Assembly (NCBI GenBank): GCA_964057225.1
Contig: OZ059895.1
Span: 11,966,001 to 12,030,000 of the forward strand
Origin: Auanema rhodensis
Taxonomy: Eukaryota > Animalia > Nematoda
Direction: 5' to 3'
Length of the DNA stretch: 64,000 nt
Shown here one piece after another: positions 1-13,783 of this stretch (position 1 is the first letter of the stretch; every line of letters starts with the position of its first letter). Made by a program: the position numbers and the translations under genes. The notes under the pieces are model-generated. The model was not told where the DNA came from. It was given only the letters and a program-made list of their open reading frames with translations, and did no database searches.

Positions 1-263
1 ATTTCTATATTACAGTTATAAACCAGTAGTTTATGAACCTTCATCTTAACTTTACTGTTTCTATCTATTTCCTATTGAAACGAACATTGTTTAAACACTA
101 TACAACTGTGAAACCTTTTTTAATTTATTGTATTTGGATCTCATAAGATTTGATATCATCGAGGGATTTAGATGTTACGTAGAAAATTACATAACTAACA
201 TGAAATTGGAAAAAAAACAATAACGAGGATAAGTATGTAAATCATTGAATATCAGATATTTCC

Positions 264-382
264 GCTTACGACCATACCACGTTGAAAGTACGCCATCCCG
301 TCCGATCTGGCAAGTCAAACAACGTTGGGCCCGGTTAGTACTTGAATCGGAGACGGCTTCTGAATCCCGGGTGCCGTAAGCA
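264..382 (+). rRNA. 5S rRNA, variant B (possibly defective)
   Basis: 119 nt; G56A, GG97-98CT, T119A, plus G82A. Confidence 0.75.
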
Positions 383-397
383 TTTCAAATTTTTTTA

Positions 398-426
398 ACG
401 ATCATACCACGTTGAAAGTACGCCAT
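398..426 (+). pseudogene. 29-bp duplicate of 5S nt 5-33 downstream of the terminator (representative; present in every long unit)
   Basis: ACGATCATACCACGTTGAAAGTACGCCAT, one mismatch to the gene, offset 130 bp. Confidence 0.9.
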
Positions 427-792
427 GCAGCTGATTTTCAATTTTATCTCTTCCGTAACAAATGTTTTCAATTTTCCAGCAGTTTTACTTAGATAGCTCA
501 ACCCAAGGCATTAAAATATCTTCAATCTTATTTCTATATTACAGTTATAAACCAGTAGTTTATGAACTTTCATCTTAACTTTACTGTTTCTATCTATTTC
601 CTATTGAAACGAAGATTGTTTAAACACTATACAACTGTGAAACCTTTTTTAATTTATTGTATTTGGATCTCATAAGATTTGATATCATCGAGGGATTTAG
701 ATGTTACGTAGAAAATTACATAACTAACATGAAATTGGAAAAAAAACAATAACGAGGATAAGTATGTAGATCATTGAATATCAGATATTTTC

Positions 793-825
793 GCTTACGA
801 CCATACCACGTTGAAAGTACGCCAT
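793..825 (+). pseudogene. Truncated 5S (nt 1-33 only), representative of ~52 short units
   Basis: GCTTACGACC...CGCCAT joined directly to spacer GCAGCTG; lacks box A, intermediate element and box C. Confidence 0.9.
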
Positions 826-1191
826 GCAGCTGATTTTCAATTTTATCTCTTCCGTAACAAAAGTTTTCAATTTTCCAGCAGTTTTACTTTGATAGCTCAA
901 CCCAAGGCATTAAAATATCTTCAATCTTATTTCTATATTACAGTTATAAACCAGTAGTTTATGAACCTTAATCTTAACTTTACTGTTTCTATCTATTTCC
1001 TATTAAAACAAACGTTGTTTAAACACTATACAACTGTGAAACCTTTTTTAATTTATTGTATTTGGAGCTCATAAGATTCAATATCATCGAGGGATTTAGA
1101 TGTAACGTGGAAAATTACATAACTAACATGAAATTGGAAAAAAAACAATAACGAGGATAAGTATGTAAATCATTGAATATCAGATATTTCC

Positions 1192-1310
1192 GCTTACGAC
1201 CATACCACGTTGAAAGTACGCCATCCCGTCCGATCTGGCAAGTCAAACAACGTTGGGCCCGGTTAGTACTTGGATCGGAGACGGCTTCTGAATCCCGGGT
1301 GCCGTAAGCA
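1192..1310 (+). rRNA. 5S rRNA, variant B
   Basis: Full length, variant B changes. Confidence 0.75.
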
Positions 1311-3315
1311 TTTCAAATTTTTTTAACGATCATACCACGTTGAAAGTACGCCATGCAGCTGATTTTCAATTTTATCTCTTCCGTAACAAAAGTTTTCAAT
1401 TTTCCAGCAGTTTTACTTAGATAGCTCAACCCAAGGCATTAAAATATCTTCAATCTTATTTCTATATTACAGTTATAAACCAGTAGTTTATGAACCTTCA
1501 TCTTAACTTTACTGTTTCTATCTATTTCCTATTGAAACGAACATTGTTTAAACACTATACAACTGTGAAACCTTTTTTAATTTATTGTATTTGGATCTCA
1601 TAAGATTTGATATCATCGAGGGATTTAGATGTTACGTAGAAAATTACATAACTAACATGAAATTGGAAAAAAAACAATAACGAGGATAAGTATGTAGATC
1701 ATTGAATATCAGATATTTTCGCTTACGACCATACCACGTTGAAAGTACGCCATGCAGCTGATTTTCAATTTTATCTCTTCCGTAACAAAAGTTTTCAATT
1801 TTCCAGCAGTTTTACTTAGATAGCTCAACCCAAGGCATTAAAATATCTTCAATCTTATTTCTATATTACAGTTATAAACCAGTAGTTTATGAACCTTAAT
1901 CTTAACTTTACTGTTTCTATCTATTTCCTATTAAAACAAACGTTGTTTAAACACTATACAACTGTGAAACCTTTTTTAATTTATTGTATTTGGAGCTCAT
2001 AAGATTCAATATCATCGAGGGATTTAGATGTAACGTGGAAAATTACATAACTAACATGAAATTGGAAAAAAAACAATAACGAGGATAAGTATGTAAATCA
2101 TTGAATATCAGATATTTCCGCTTACGACCATACCACGTTGAAAGTACGCCATGCAGCTGATTTTCAATTTTATCTCTTCCGTAACAAATGTTTTCAATTT
2201 TCCAGCAGTTTTACTTAGATAGCTCAACCCAAGGCATCAAAATATCTTCAATCTTATTTCTTTATTACAGTTATAAACCAGTAGTTTATGAACCTTAATC
2301 TTAACTTTACTGTTTCTATCTATTTCCTATTAAAACAAACGTTGTTTAAACACTATACAACTGTGAAACCTTTTTTAATTTATTGTATTTGGATCTCATA
2401 AGATTTGATATCATCGAGGGATTTAGATGTTACGTAGAAAATTACATAACTAACATGAAATTGGAAAAAAAACAATAACGAGGATAAGTATGTAGATCAT
2501 TGAATATCAGATATTTTCGCTTACGACCATACCACGTTGAAAGTACGCCATGCAGCTGAATTTCAATTTTATCTTTTCCGTAACAAATGTTTTCAATTTT
2601 CCAGCAGTTTTACTTAGATAGCTCAACCCAAGGCATTAAAATATCTTCAATCTTATTTCTATATTACAGTTATAAACCAGTAGTTTATGAACCTTCATCT
2701 TAACTTTACTGTTTCTATCTATTTCCTATTGAAACAAACATTGTTTAAACACTATACAACTGTGAAACCTTTTTTAATTTATTGTATTTGGATCTCATAA
2801 GATTTGATATCATCGAGGGATTTAGATGTTACGTAGAAAATTACATAACTAACATGAAATTGGAAAAAAACAATAACGAGGATAAGTATGTAGATCATTG
2901 AATATCAGATATTTTCGCTTACGACCATACCACGTTGAAAGTACGCCATGCAGCTGATTTTCAATTTTATCTCTTCCGTAACAAAAGTTTTCAATTTTCC
3001 AGCAGTTTTACTTAGATAGCTCAACCCAAGGCATTAAAATATCTTCAATCTTATTTCTATATTACAGTTATAAACCAGTAGTTTATGAACCTTAATCTTA
3101 ACTTTACTGTTTCTATCTATTTCCTATTAAAACAAACGTTGTTTAAACACTATACAACTGTGAAACCTTTTTTAATTTATTGTATTTGGAGCTCATAAGA
3201 TTCAATATCATCGAGGGATTTAGATGTAACGTGGAAAATTACATAACTAACTTGAAATTGGAAAAAAAACAATAACGAGGATAAGTATGTAAATCATTGA
3301 ATATCAGATATTTCC

Positions 3316-3434
3316 GCTTACGACCATACCACGTTGAAAGTACGCCATCCCGTCCGATCTGGCAAGTCAAACAACGTTGGGCCCGGTTAGTACTTGGATC
3401 GGAGACGGCTTGGGAATCCCGGGTGCCGTAAGCT
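3316..3434 (+). rRNA. 5S rRNA (A/B mosaic)
   Basis: G56A but canonical 3' half and TTTT. Confidence 0.85.
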
Positions 3435-4243
3435 TTTCAAATTTTTTTAACGATCATACCACGTTGAAAGTACGCCATGCAGCTGATTTTCAATTTTATC
3501 TCTTCCGTAACAAATGTTTTCAATTTTCCAGCAGTTTTACTTAGATAGTTCAACCCAAGGCATTGAAATATCTTCAATCTTATTTCTATATTACAGTTAT
3601 AAATTAGTAGTTTATGAACCTTCATCTTAACTTTACTGTTTCTATCTATTTCCTATTGAAACAAACATTGTTTAAACACTATACAACTGTGAAACCTTTT
3701 TTAATTTATTGTATTTGGATCTCATAAGATTTGATATCATCGAGGGATTTAGATGTTACGTAGAAAATTACATAACTAACATGAAATTGGAAAAAAAACA
3801 ATAACGAGGATAAGTATGTAGATCATTGAATATCACATATTTTCGCTTACGACCATACCACGTTGAAAGTACGCCATGCAGCTGATTTTCAATTTTATCT
3901 CTTCCGTAACAAAAGTTTTCAATTTTCCAGCAGTTTTACTTAGATAGCTCAACCCAAGGCATTAAAATATCTTCAATCTTATTTCTATATTACAGTTATA
4001 AACCAGTAGTTTATGAACCTTAATCTTAACTTTACTGTTTCTATCTATTTCTTATTAAAACAAACGTTGTTTAAACACTATACAACTGTGAAACCTTTTT
4101 TAATTTATTGTATTTGGAGCTCATAAGATTCAATATCATCGAGGGATTTAGATGTAACGTGGAAAATTACATAACTAACATGAAATTGGAAAAAAAACAA
4201 TAACGAGGATAAATATGTAAATCATTGAATATCAGATATTTTC

Positions 4244-4362
4244 GCTTACGACCATACCACGTTGAAAGAACGCCATCCCGTCCGATCTGGCAAGTCAAGC
4301 AACGTTGGGCCCGGTTAGTACTTGGATCGGAGACAGCTTGGGAATCCCGGGTGCCGTAAGCT
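4244..4362 (+). rRNA. 5S rRNA, variant C
   Basis: T26A, G92A. Confidence 0.8.
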
Positions 4363-4772
4363 TTTCAAATTTTTTTAACGATCATACCACTTTGAAAGTA
4401 CGCCATGCAGCTGATTTTCAATTTTATCTCTTCCGTAACAAATGTTTTCAATTTTCCAGCAGTTTTACTTAGATAGCTCAACCCAAGCCATTAAAATATC
4501 TTCAATCTTATTTCTATATTACAGTTATAAACCAGTAGTTTATGAACCTTAATCTTAACTTTACTGTTTCTATCTATTTCCTATTGAAACAAACATTGTT
4601 TAAACACTATACAACTGTGAAACCTTTTTTAATTTATTGTATTTGGATCTCATAAGATTTGATATCATCGAGGGATTTAGATGTTACGTAGAAAATTACA
4701 TAACTAACATGAAATTGGAAAAAAAACAATAACGAGGATAAGTATGTAGATCATTGAATATCAGATATTTTC

Positions 4773-4891
4773 GCTTACGACCATACCACGTTGAAAGTAC
4801 GCCATCCCGTCCGATCTGGCAAGTCAAACAACGTTGGGCCCGGTTAGTACTTGGATCGGAGACGGCTTCTGAATCCCGGGTGCCGTAAGCA
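4773..4891 (+). rRNA. 5S rRNA, variant B
   Basis: Full length, variant B changes. Confidence 0.75.
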
Positions 4892-6498
4892 TTTCAAATT
4901 TTTTTAACGATCATACCACGTTGAAAGTACGCCATGCAGCTGATTTTCAATTTTATCTCTTCCGTAACAAAAGTTTTCAATTTTCCAGCAGTTTTACTTA
5001 GATAGCTCAACCCAAGGCATTAAAATATCTTCAATCTTATTTCTATATTACAGTTATAAACCAGTAGTTTATGAACCTTCATCTTAACTTTACTGTTTCT
5101 TTCTATTTCCTATTGAAACAAACATTGTTTAAACACTATACAACTGTGAAACCTTTTTTAATTTATTGTATTTGGATCTCATAAGATTTGATATCATCGA
5201 GGGATTTAGATGTTACGTAGAAAATTACATAACTAACATGAAATTGGAAAAAAAACAATAACGAGGATAAGTATGTAGATCATTGAATATCAGATATTTT
5301 CGCTTACGACCATACTACGTTGAAAGTACGCCATGCAGCTGATTTTCAATTTTATCTCTTCCGTAACAAAAGTTTTCAATTTTCCAGCAGTTTTACTTAG
5401 ATAGCTCAACCCAAGGCATTAAAATATCTTCAATCTTATTTCTATATTACAGTTATAAACCAGTAGTTTATGAACCTTAATCTTAACTTTACTGTTTCTA
5501 TCTATTTCCTATTAAAACAAACGTTGTTTAAACACTATACAACTGTGAAACCTTTTTTAATTTATTGTATTTGGAGCTCATAAGATTCAATATCATCGAG
5601 GGATTTAGATGTAACGTGGAAAATTACATAACTAACATGAAATTGGAAAAAAAACAATAACGAGGATAAGTATGTAAATCATTGAATATCAGATATTTCC
5701 GCTTACGACCATACCACGTTGAAAGTACGCCATGCAGCTGATTTTCAATTTTATCTCTTCCGTAACAAATGTTTTCAATTTTCCAGCAGTTTTACTTAGA
5801 TAGCTCAACCCAAGGCATTAAAATATCTTCAATCTTATTTCTATATTACAGTTATAAACCAGTAGTTTATGAACCTTAATCTCAACTTTACTGTTTCTAT
5901 CTATTTCCTATTAAAACAAACGTTGTTTAAACACTATACAACTGTGAAACCTTTTTTAATTTATTGTATTTGGAGCTCATAAGATTCAATATTATCGAGG
6001 GATTTAGATGTAACGTGGAAAATTACATAACTAACATGAAATTGGAAAAAAAACAATAACGAGGATAAATATGTAAATCATTGAATATCAGATATTTCCG
6101 CTTACAACCATACCACGTTGAAAGTACGCCATGCAGCTGATTTTCAATTTTATCTCTTCCGTAACAAATGTTTTCAATTTTCCAGCAGTTTTACTTAGAT
6201 AGCTCAACCCAAGGCATTAAAATATCTCCAATCTTATTTCTATATTACAGTTATAAACCAGTAGTTTATGAACCTTCATCTTAACTTTACTGTTTCTATC
6301 TATTTCCTATTGAAACAAACATTGTTTAAACACTATACAACTGTGAAACCTTTTTTAATTTATTGTATTTGGATCTCATAAGATTTGATATCATCGAGGG
6401 ATTTAGATGTTACGTAGAAAATTACATAACTAACATGAAATTGGAAAAAAAACAATAACGAGGATAAGTATGTAGATCATTGAATATCAGATATTTTC

Positions 6499-6617
6499 GC
6501 TTACGACCATACCACGTTGAAAGTACGCCATCCCGTCCGATCTGGCAAGTCAAACAACGTTGGGCCCGGTTAGTTCTTGGATCGGAGACGGCTTCTGAAT
6601 CCCGGGTGCCGTAAGCA
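6499..6617 (+). rRNA. 5S rRNA, variant B
   Basis: Variant B changes plus A77T. Confidence 0.7.
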
Positions 6618-7426
6618 TTTCAAATTTTTTTAACGATCATACCACGTTGAAAGTACGCCATGCAGCTGATTTTCAATTTTATCTCTTCCGTAACAAAAGT
6701 TTTCAATTTTCCAGCAGTTTTACTTAGATAGCTCAACCCAAGGCATTAAAATATCTTCAATCTTAATTCTATATTACAGTTATAAACCAGTAGTTTATGA
6801 ACCTTCATCTTAACTTTACTGTTTCTATCTATTTCCTATTGAAACGAACATTGTTTAAACACTATACAACTGTGAAACCTTTTTTAATTTATTGTATTTG
6901 GATCTCATAAGATTTGATATCATCGAGGGATTTAGATGTTACGTAGAAAATTACATAACTAACATGAAATTGGAAAAAAAACAATAACGAGGATAAGTAT
7001 GCAGATCATTGAATATCAGATATTTTCGCTTACGACCATACCACGTTGAAAGTACGCCATGCAGCTGATTTTCAATTTTATCTCTTCCGTAACAAAAGTT
7101 TTCAATTTTCCAGCAGTTTTACTTTGATAGCTCAACCCAAGGCATTAAAATATCTTCAATCTTATTTCTATATTACAGTTATAAACCAGTAGTTTATGAA
7201 CCTTAATCTTAACTTTACTGTTTCTATCTATTTCCTATTAAAACAAACGTTGTTTAAACACTATACAACTGTGAAACCTTTTTTAATTTATTGTATTTGG
7301 AGCTCATAAGATTCAATATCATCGAGGGATTTAGATGTAACGTGGAAAATTACATAACTAACATGAAATTGGAAAAAAAACAATAACGAGGATAAGTATG
7401 TAAATCATTGAATATCAGATATTTCC

Positions 7427-7545
7427 GCTTACGACCATACCACGTTGAAAGTACGCCATCCCGTCCGATCTGGCAAGTCAAACAACGTTGGGCCCGGTTA
7501 GTACTTGGATCGGAGACGGCTTCTGAATCCCGGGTGCCGTAAGCA
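7427..7545 (+). rRNA. 5S rRNA, variant B
   Basis: Full length, variant B changes. Confidence 0.75.
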
Positions 7546-8754
7546 TTTCAAATTTTTTTAACGATCATACCACGTTGAAAGTACGCCATGCAGCTGATTT
7601 TCAATTTTATCTCTTCCGTAACAAAAGTTTTCAATTTTCCAGCAGTTTTACTTAGATAGCTCAACCCAAGGCATTAAAATATCTTCAATCTTATTTCTAT
7701 ATTACAGTTATAAACCAGTAGTTTATGAACCTTCATCTTAACTTTACTGTTTCTATCTATTTCCTATTGAAACGAACATTGTTTAAACACTATACAACTG
7801 TGAAACCTTTTTTAATTTATTGTATTTGGATCTCATAAGATTTGATATCATCGAGGGATTTAGATGTTACGTAGAAAATTACATAACTAACATGAAATTG
7901 GAAAAAAAACAATAACGAGGATAAGTATGTAGATCATTGAATATCAGATATTTTCGCTTACGACCATACCACGTTGAAAGTACGCCATGCAGCTGATTTT
8001 CAATTTTATCTCTTCCGTAACAAATGTTTTCAATTTTCCAGCAGTTTTACTTAGATAGCTCAACCCAAGGCATTAAAATATCTTCAATCTTATTCCTATA
8101 TTACAGTTATAAACCAGTAGTTTATGAACCTTAATCTTAACTTTACTGTTTCTATCTATTTCCTATTAAAACAAACGTTGTTTAAACACTATACAACTGT
8201 GAAACCTTTTTTAATTTATTGTATTTGGAGCTCATAAGATTCAATATTATCGAGGGATTTAGATGTAACGTGGAAAATTACATAACTAACATGAAATTGG
8301 AAAAAAAAATAATAACGAGGATAAATATGTAAATCATTGAATATCAGATATTTCCGCTTACGACCATACCACGTTGAAAGTACGCCATGCAGCTGATTTT
8401 CAATTTTATCTCTTCCGTAACAAAAGTTTTCAATTTTCCAGCAGTTTTACTTAGATAGCTCAACCCAAGGCATTAAAATATCTTCAATCTTATTTCTATA
8501 TTACAGTTATAAACCAGTAGTTTATGAACCTTCATCTTAACTTTACTGTTTCTATCTATTTCCTATTGAAACAAACATTGTTTTAACACTATACAACTGT
8601 GAAACCTTTTTTAATTTATTGTATTTGGATCTCATAAGATTTGATATCATCGAGGGATTTAGATGTTACGTAGAAAATTACATAACTAACATGAAATTGG
8701 AAAAAAAACAATAACGAGGATAAGTATGTAGATCATTGAATATCAGATATTTTC

Positions 8755-8873
8755 GCTTACGACCATACCACGTTGAAAGTACGCCATCCCGTCCGATCTG
8801 GCAAGTCAAACAACGTTGGGCCCGGTTAGTACTTGGATCGGAGACGGCTTCTGAATCCCGGGTGCCGTAAGCA
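8755..8873 (+). rRNA. 5S rRNA, variant B
   Basis: Full length, variant B changes. Confidence 0.75.
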
Positions 8874-10082
8874 TTTCAAATTTTTTTAACGATCATACCA
8901 CGTTGAAAGTACGCCATGCAGCTGATTTTCAATTTTATCTCTTCCGTAACAAAAGTTTTCAATTTTCCAGCAGTTTTACTTAGATAGCTCAACCCAAGGC
9001 ATTAAAATATCTTCAATCTTATTTCTATATTACAGTTATAAACCAGTAGTTTATGAACCTTCATCTTAACTTTACTGTTTCTATCTATTTCCTATTGAAA
9101 CAAACATTGTTTAAACACTATACAACTGTGAAACCTTTTTTAATTTATTGTATTTGGATCTCATAAGATTTGATATCATCGAGGGATTTAGATGTTACGT
9201 AGAAAATTACATAACTAACATGAAATTGGAAAAAAAACAATAACGAGGATAAGTATGTAGATCATTGAATATCAGATATTTTCGCTTACGACCATACCAC
9301 GTTGAAAGTACGCCATGCAGCTGATTTTCAATTTTATCTCTTCCGTAACAAAAGTTTTCAATTTTCCAGCAGTTTTACTTTGATAGCTCAACCCAAGGCA
9401 TTAAAATATCTTCAATCTTATTTCTATATTACAGTTATAAACCAGTAGTTTATGAACCTTAATCTTAAATTTACTGTTTCTATCTATTTCCTATTAAAAC
9501 AAACGTTGTTTAAACACTATACAACTGTGAAACCTTTTTTAATTTATTGTATTTGGAGCTCATAAGATTCAATATTATCGAGGGATTTAGATGTAACGTG
9601 GAAAATTACATAACTAACATGAAATTGGAAAAAAAAACAATAACGAGGATAAATATGTAAATCATTGAATATCAGATATTTCCGCTTACAACCATACCAC
9701 GTTGAAAGTACGCCATGCAGCTGATTTTCAATTTTATCTCTTCCGTAACAAATGTTTTTAATTTTCCAGCAGTTTTACTTAGATAGCTCAACCCAAGGCA
9801 TTAAAATATCTTCAATCTTATTTCTATATTACAGTTATAAACCAGTAGTTTATGAACCTTCATCTTAACTTTACTGTTTCTATCTATTTCCTATTAAAAC
9901 AAACGTTGTTTAAACACTATACAACTGTGAAACCTTTTTTAATTTATTGTATTTGGATCTCATAAGATTTGATATCATCGAGGGATTTAGATGTTACGTA
10001 GAAAATTACATAACTAACATGAAATTGGAAAAAAAACAATAACGAGGATAAGTATGTAGATCATTGAATATCAGATATTTTC

Positions 10083-10201
10083 GCTTACGACCATACCACG
10101 TTGAAAGTACGCCATCCCGTCCGATCTGGCAAGTCAAACAACGTTGGGCCCGGTTAGTACTTGGATCGGAGACGGCTTCTGAATCCCGGGTGCCGTAAGC
10201 A
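10083..10201 (+). rRNA. 5S rRNA, variant B
   Basis: Full length, variant B changes. Confidence 0.75.
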
Positions 10202-10611
10202 TTTCAAATTTTTTTAACGATCATACCACGTTGAAAGTACGCCATGCAGCTGATTTTCAATTTTATCTCTTCCGTAACAAAAGTTTTCAATTTTCCAGCA
10301 GTTTTACTTAGATAGCTCAACCCAAGGCATTAAAATATCTTCAATCTTATTTCTATATTACAGTTATAAACCAGTAGTTTATGAACCTTCATCTTAACTT
10401 TACTGTTTCTATCTATTTCCTATTGAAACGAACATTGTTTAAACACTATACAACTGTGAAACCTTTTTTAATTTATTGTATTTGGATCTCATAAGATTTG
10501 ATATCATCGAGGGATTTAGATGTTACGTAGAAAATTACATAACTAACATGAAATTGGAAAAAAAACAATAACGAGGATAAGTATGTAGATCATTGAATAT
10601 CAGATATTTTC

Positions 10612-10730
10612 GCTTACGACCATACCACGTTGAAAGTACGCCATCCCGTCCGATCTGGCAAGTCAAACAACGTTGGGCCCGGTTAGTACTTGGATCGGAG
10701 ACGGCTTCTGAATCCCGGGTGCCGTAAGCA
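10612..10730 (+). rRNA. 5S rRNA, variant B
   Basis: Full length, variant B changes. Confidence 0.75.
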
Positions 10731-12337
10731 TTTCAAATTTTTTTAACGATCATACCACGTTGAAAGTACGCCATGCAGCTGATTTTCAATTTTATCTCTT
10801 CCGTAACAAAAGTTTTCAATTTTCCAGCAGTTTTACTTAGATAGCTCAACCCAAGGCATTAAAATATCTTCAATCTTATTTCTATATTACAGTTATAAAC
10901 CAGTAGTTTATGAACCTTCATCTTAACTTTACTGTTTCTATCTATTTCCTATTGAAACGAACATTGTTTAAACACTATACAACTGTGAAACCTTTTTTAA
11001 TTTATTGTATTTGGATCTCATAAGATTTGATATCATCGAGGGATTTAGATGTTACGTAGAAAATTACATAACTAACATGAAATTGGAAAAAAAACAATAA
11101 CGAGGATAAGTATGTAGATCATTGAATATCAGATATTTTCGCTTACGACCATACTACGTTGAAAGTACGCCATGCAGCTGATTTTCAATTTTATCTCTTC
11201 CGTAACAAAAGTTTTCAATTTTCCAGCAGTTTTTCTTAGATAGCTCAACCCAAGGCATTAAAATATCTTCAATCTTATTTCTATATTACAGTTATAAACC
11301 AGTAGTTTATGAACCTTAATCTTAACTTTACTGTTTCTATCTATTTCCTATTAAAACAAACGTTGTTTAAACACTATACAACTGTGAAACCTTTTTTAAT
11401 TTATTGTATTTGGAGCTCATAAGATTCAATATCATCGAGGGATTTAGATGTAACGTGGAAAATTACATAACTAACATGAAATTGGAAAAAAAACAATAAC
11501 GAGGATAAGTATGTAAATCATTGAATATCAGATATTTCCGCTTACGACCATACCACGTTGAAAGTACGCCATGCAGCTGATTTTCAATTTTATCTCTTCC
11601 GTAACAAATGTTTTCAATTTTCCAGCAGTTTTACTTAGATAGCTCAACCCAAGGCATTAAAATATCTTCAATCTTATTTCTATATTACAGTTATAAATCA
11701 GTAGTTTATGAACCTTAATCTTAACTTTACTGTTTCTATCTATTTCCTATTAAAACAAACGTTGTTTAAACACTATACAACTGTGAAACCTTTTTTAATT
11801 TATTGTATTTGGAGCTCATAAGATTCAATATTATCGAGGGATTTAGATGTAACGTGGAAAATTACATAACTAACATGAAATTGGAAAAAAAACAATAACG
11901 AGGATAAATATGTAAATCATTGAATATCAGATATTTCCGCTTACAACCATACCACGTTGAAAGTACGCCATGCAGCTGATTTTCAATTTTATCTCTTCCG
12001 TAACAAATGTTTTCAATTTTCCAGCAGTTTTACTTAGATAGCTCAACCCAAGGCATTAAAATATCTTCAATCTTATTTCTATATTACAGTTATAAACCAG
12101 TAGTTTATGAACCTTCATCTTAACTTTACTGTTTCTATCTATTTCCTATTGAAACAAACATTGTTTAAACACTATACAACTGTGAAACTTTTTTTAATTT
12201 ATTGTATTTGGATCTCATAAGATTTGATATCATCGAGGGATTTAGATGTTACGTAGAAAATTACATAACTAACATGAAATTGGAAAAAAAACAATAACGA
12301 GGATAAGTATGTAGATCATTGAATATCAGATATTTTC

Positions 12338-12456
12338 GCTTACGACCATACCACGTTGAAAGTACGCCATCCCGTCCGATCTGGCAAGTCAAACAACGTT
12401 GGGCCCGGTTAGTACTTGGATCGGAGACGGCTTCTGAATCCCGGGTGCCGTAAGCA
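12338..12456 (+). rRNA. 5S rRNA, variant B
   Basis: Full length, variant B changes. Confidence 0.75.
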
Positions 12457-13664
12457 TTTCAAATTTTTTTAACGATCATACCACGTTGAAAGTACGCCAT
12501 GCAGCTGATTTTCAATTTTATCTCTTCCGTAACAAAAGTTTTCAATTTTCCAGCAGTTTTACTTAGATAGCTCAACCCAAGGCATTAAAATATCTTCAAT
12601 CTTATTTCTATATTACAGTTATAAACCAGTAGTTTATGAACCTTCATCTTAACTTTACTGTTTCTATCTATTTCCTATTGAAACGAACATTGTTTAAACA
12701 CTATACAACTGTGAAACCTTTTTTAATTTATTGTATTTGGATCTCATAAGATTTGATATCATCGAGGGATTTAGATGTTACGTAGAAAATTACATAACTA
12801 ACATGAAATTGGAAAAAAAACAATAACGAGGATAAGTATGTAGATCATTGAATATCAGATATTTTCGCTTACGACCATACCACGTTGAAAGTACGCCATG
12901 CAGCTGATTTTCAATTTTATCTCTTCCGTAACAAATGTTTTCAATTTTCCAGCAGTTTTACTTAGATAGCTCAACCCAAGGCATTAAAATATCTTCAATC
13001 TTATTTCTATATTACAGTTATAAACCAGTAGTTTATGAACCTTCATCTTAACTTTACTGTTTCTATCTATTTCCTATTGAAACGAACATTGTTTAAACAC
13101 TATACAACTGTGAAACCTTTTTTAATTTATTGTATTTGGATCTCATAAGATTTGATATCATCGAGGGATTTAGATGTTACGTAGAAAATTACATAACTAA
13201 CATGAAATTGGAAAAAAAACAATAACGAGGATAAGTATGCAGATCATTGAATATCAGATATTTTCGCTTACGACCATACCACGTTGAAAGTACGCCATGC
13301 AGCTGATTTTCAATTTTATCTCTTCCGTAACAAAAGTTTTCAATTTTCCAGCAGTTTTACTTTGATAGCTCAACCCAAGGCATTAAAATATCTTCAATCT
13401 TATTTCTATATTACAGTTATAAACCAGTAGTTTATGAACCTTAATCTTAACTTTACTGTTTCTATCTATTTCCTATTAAAACAAACGTTGTTTAAACACT
13501 ATACAACTGTGAAACTTTTTTTAATTTATTGTATTTGGAGCTCATAAGATTCAATATCATCGAGGGATTTAGTTGTAACGTGGAAAATTACATAACTAAC
13601 ATGAAATTGGAAAAAAAACAATAACGAGGATAAGTATGTAAATCATTGAATATCAGATATTTCC

Positions 13665-13783
13665 GCTTACGACCATACCACGTTGAAAGTACGCCATCCC
13701 GTCCGATCTGGCAAGTCAAACAACGTTGGGCCCGGTTAGTACTTGGATCGGAGACGGCTTCTGAATCCCGGGTGCCGTAAGCA
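13665..13783 (+). rRNA. 5S rRNA, variant B
   Basis: Full length, variant B changes. Confidence 0.75.

Noticed and set aside
427-792. Spliced-leader (SL1) RNA gene in the 5S spacer, as in many nematodes
   Set aside because: No GGTTTAATTACCCAAGTTTGAG-like exon followed by GT found on either strand; only weak look-alikes (AGTTATAAACCAG, AAATT(T)GGAA). A divergent SL cannot be excluded without an Infernal search
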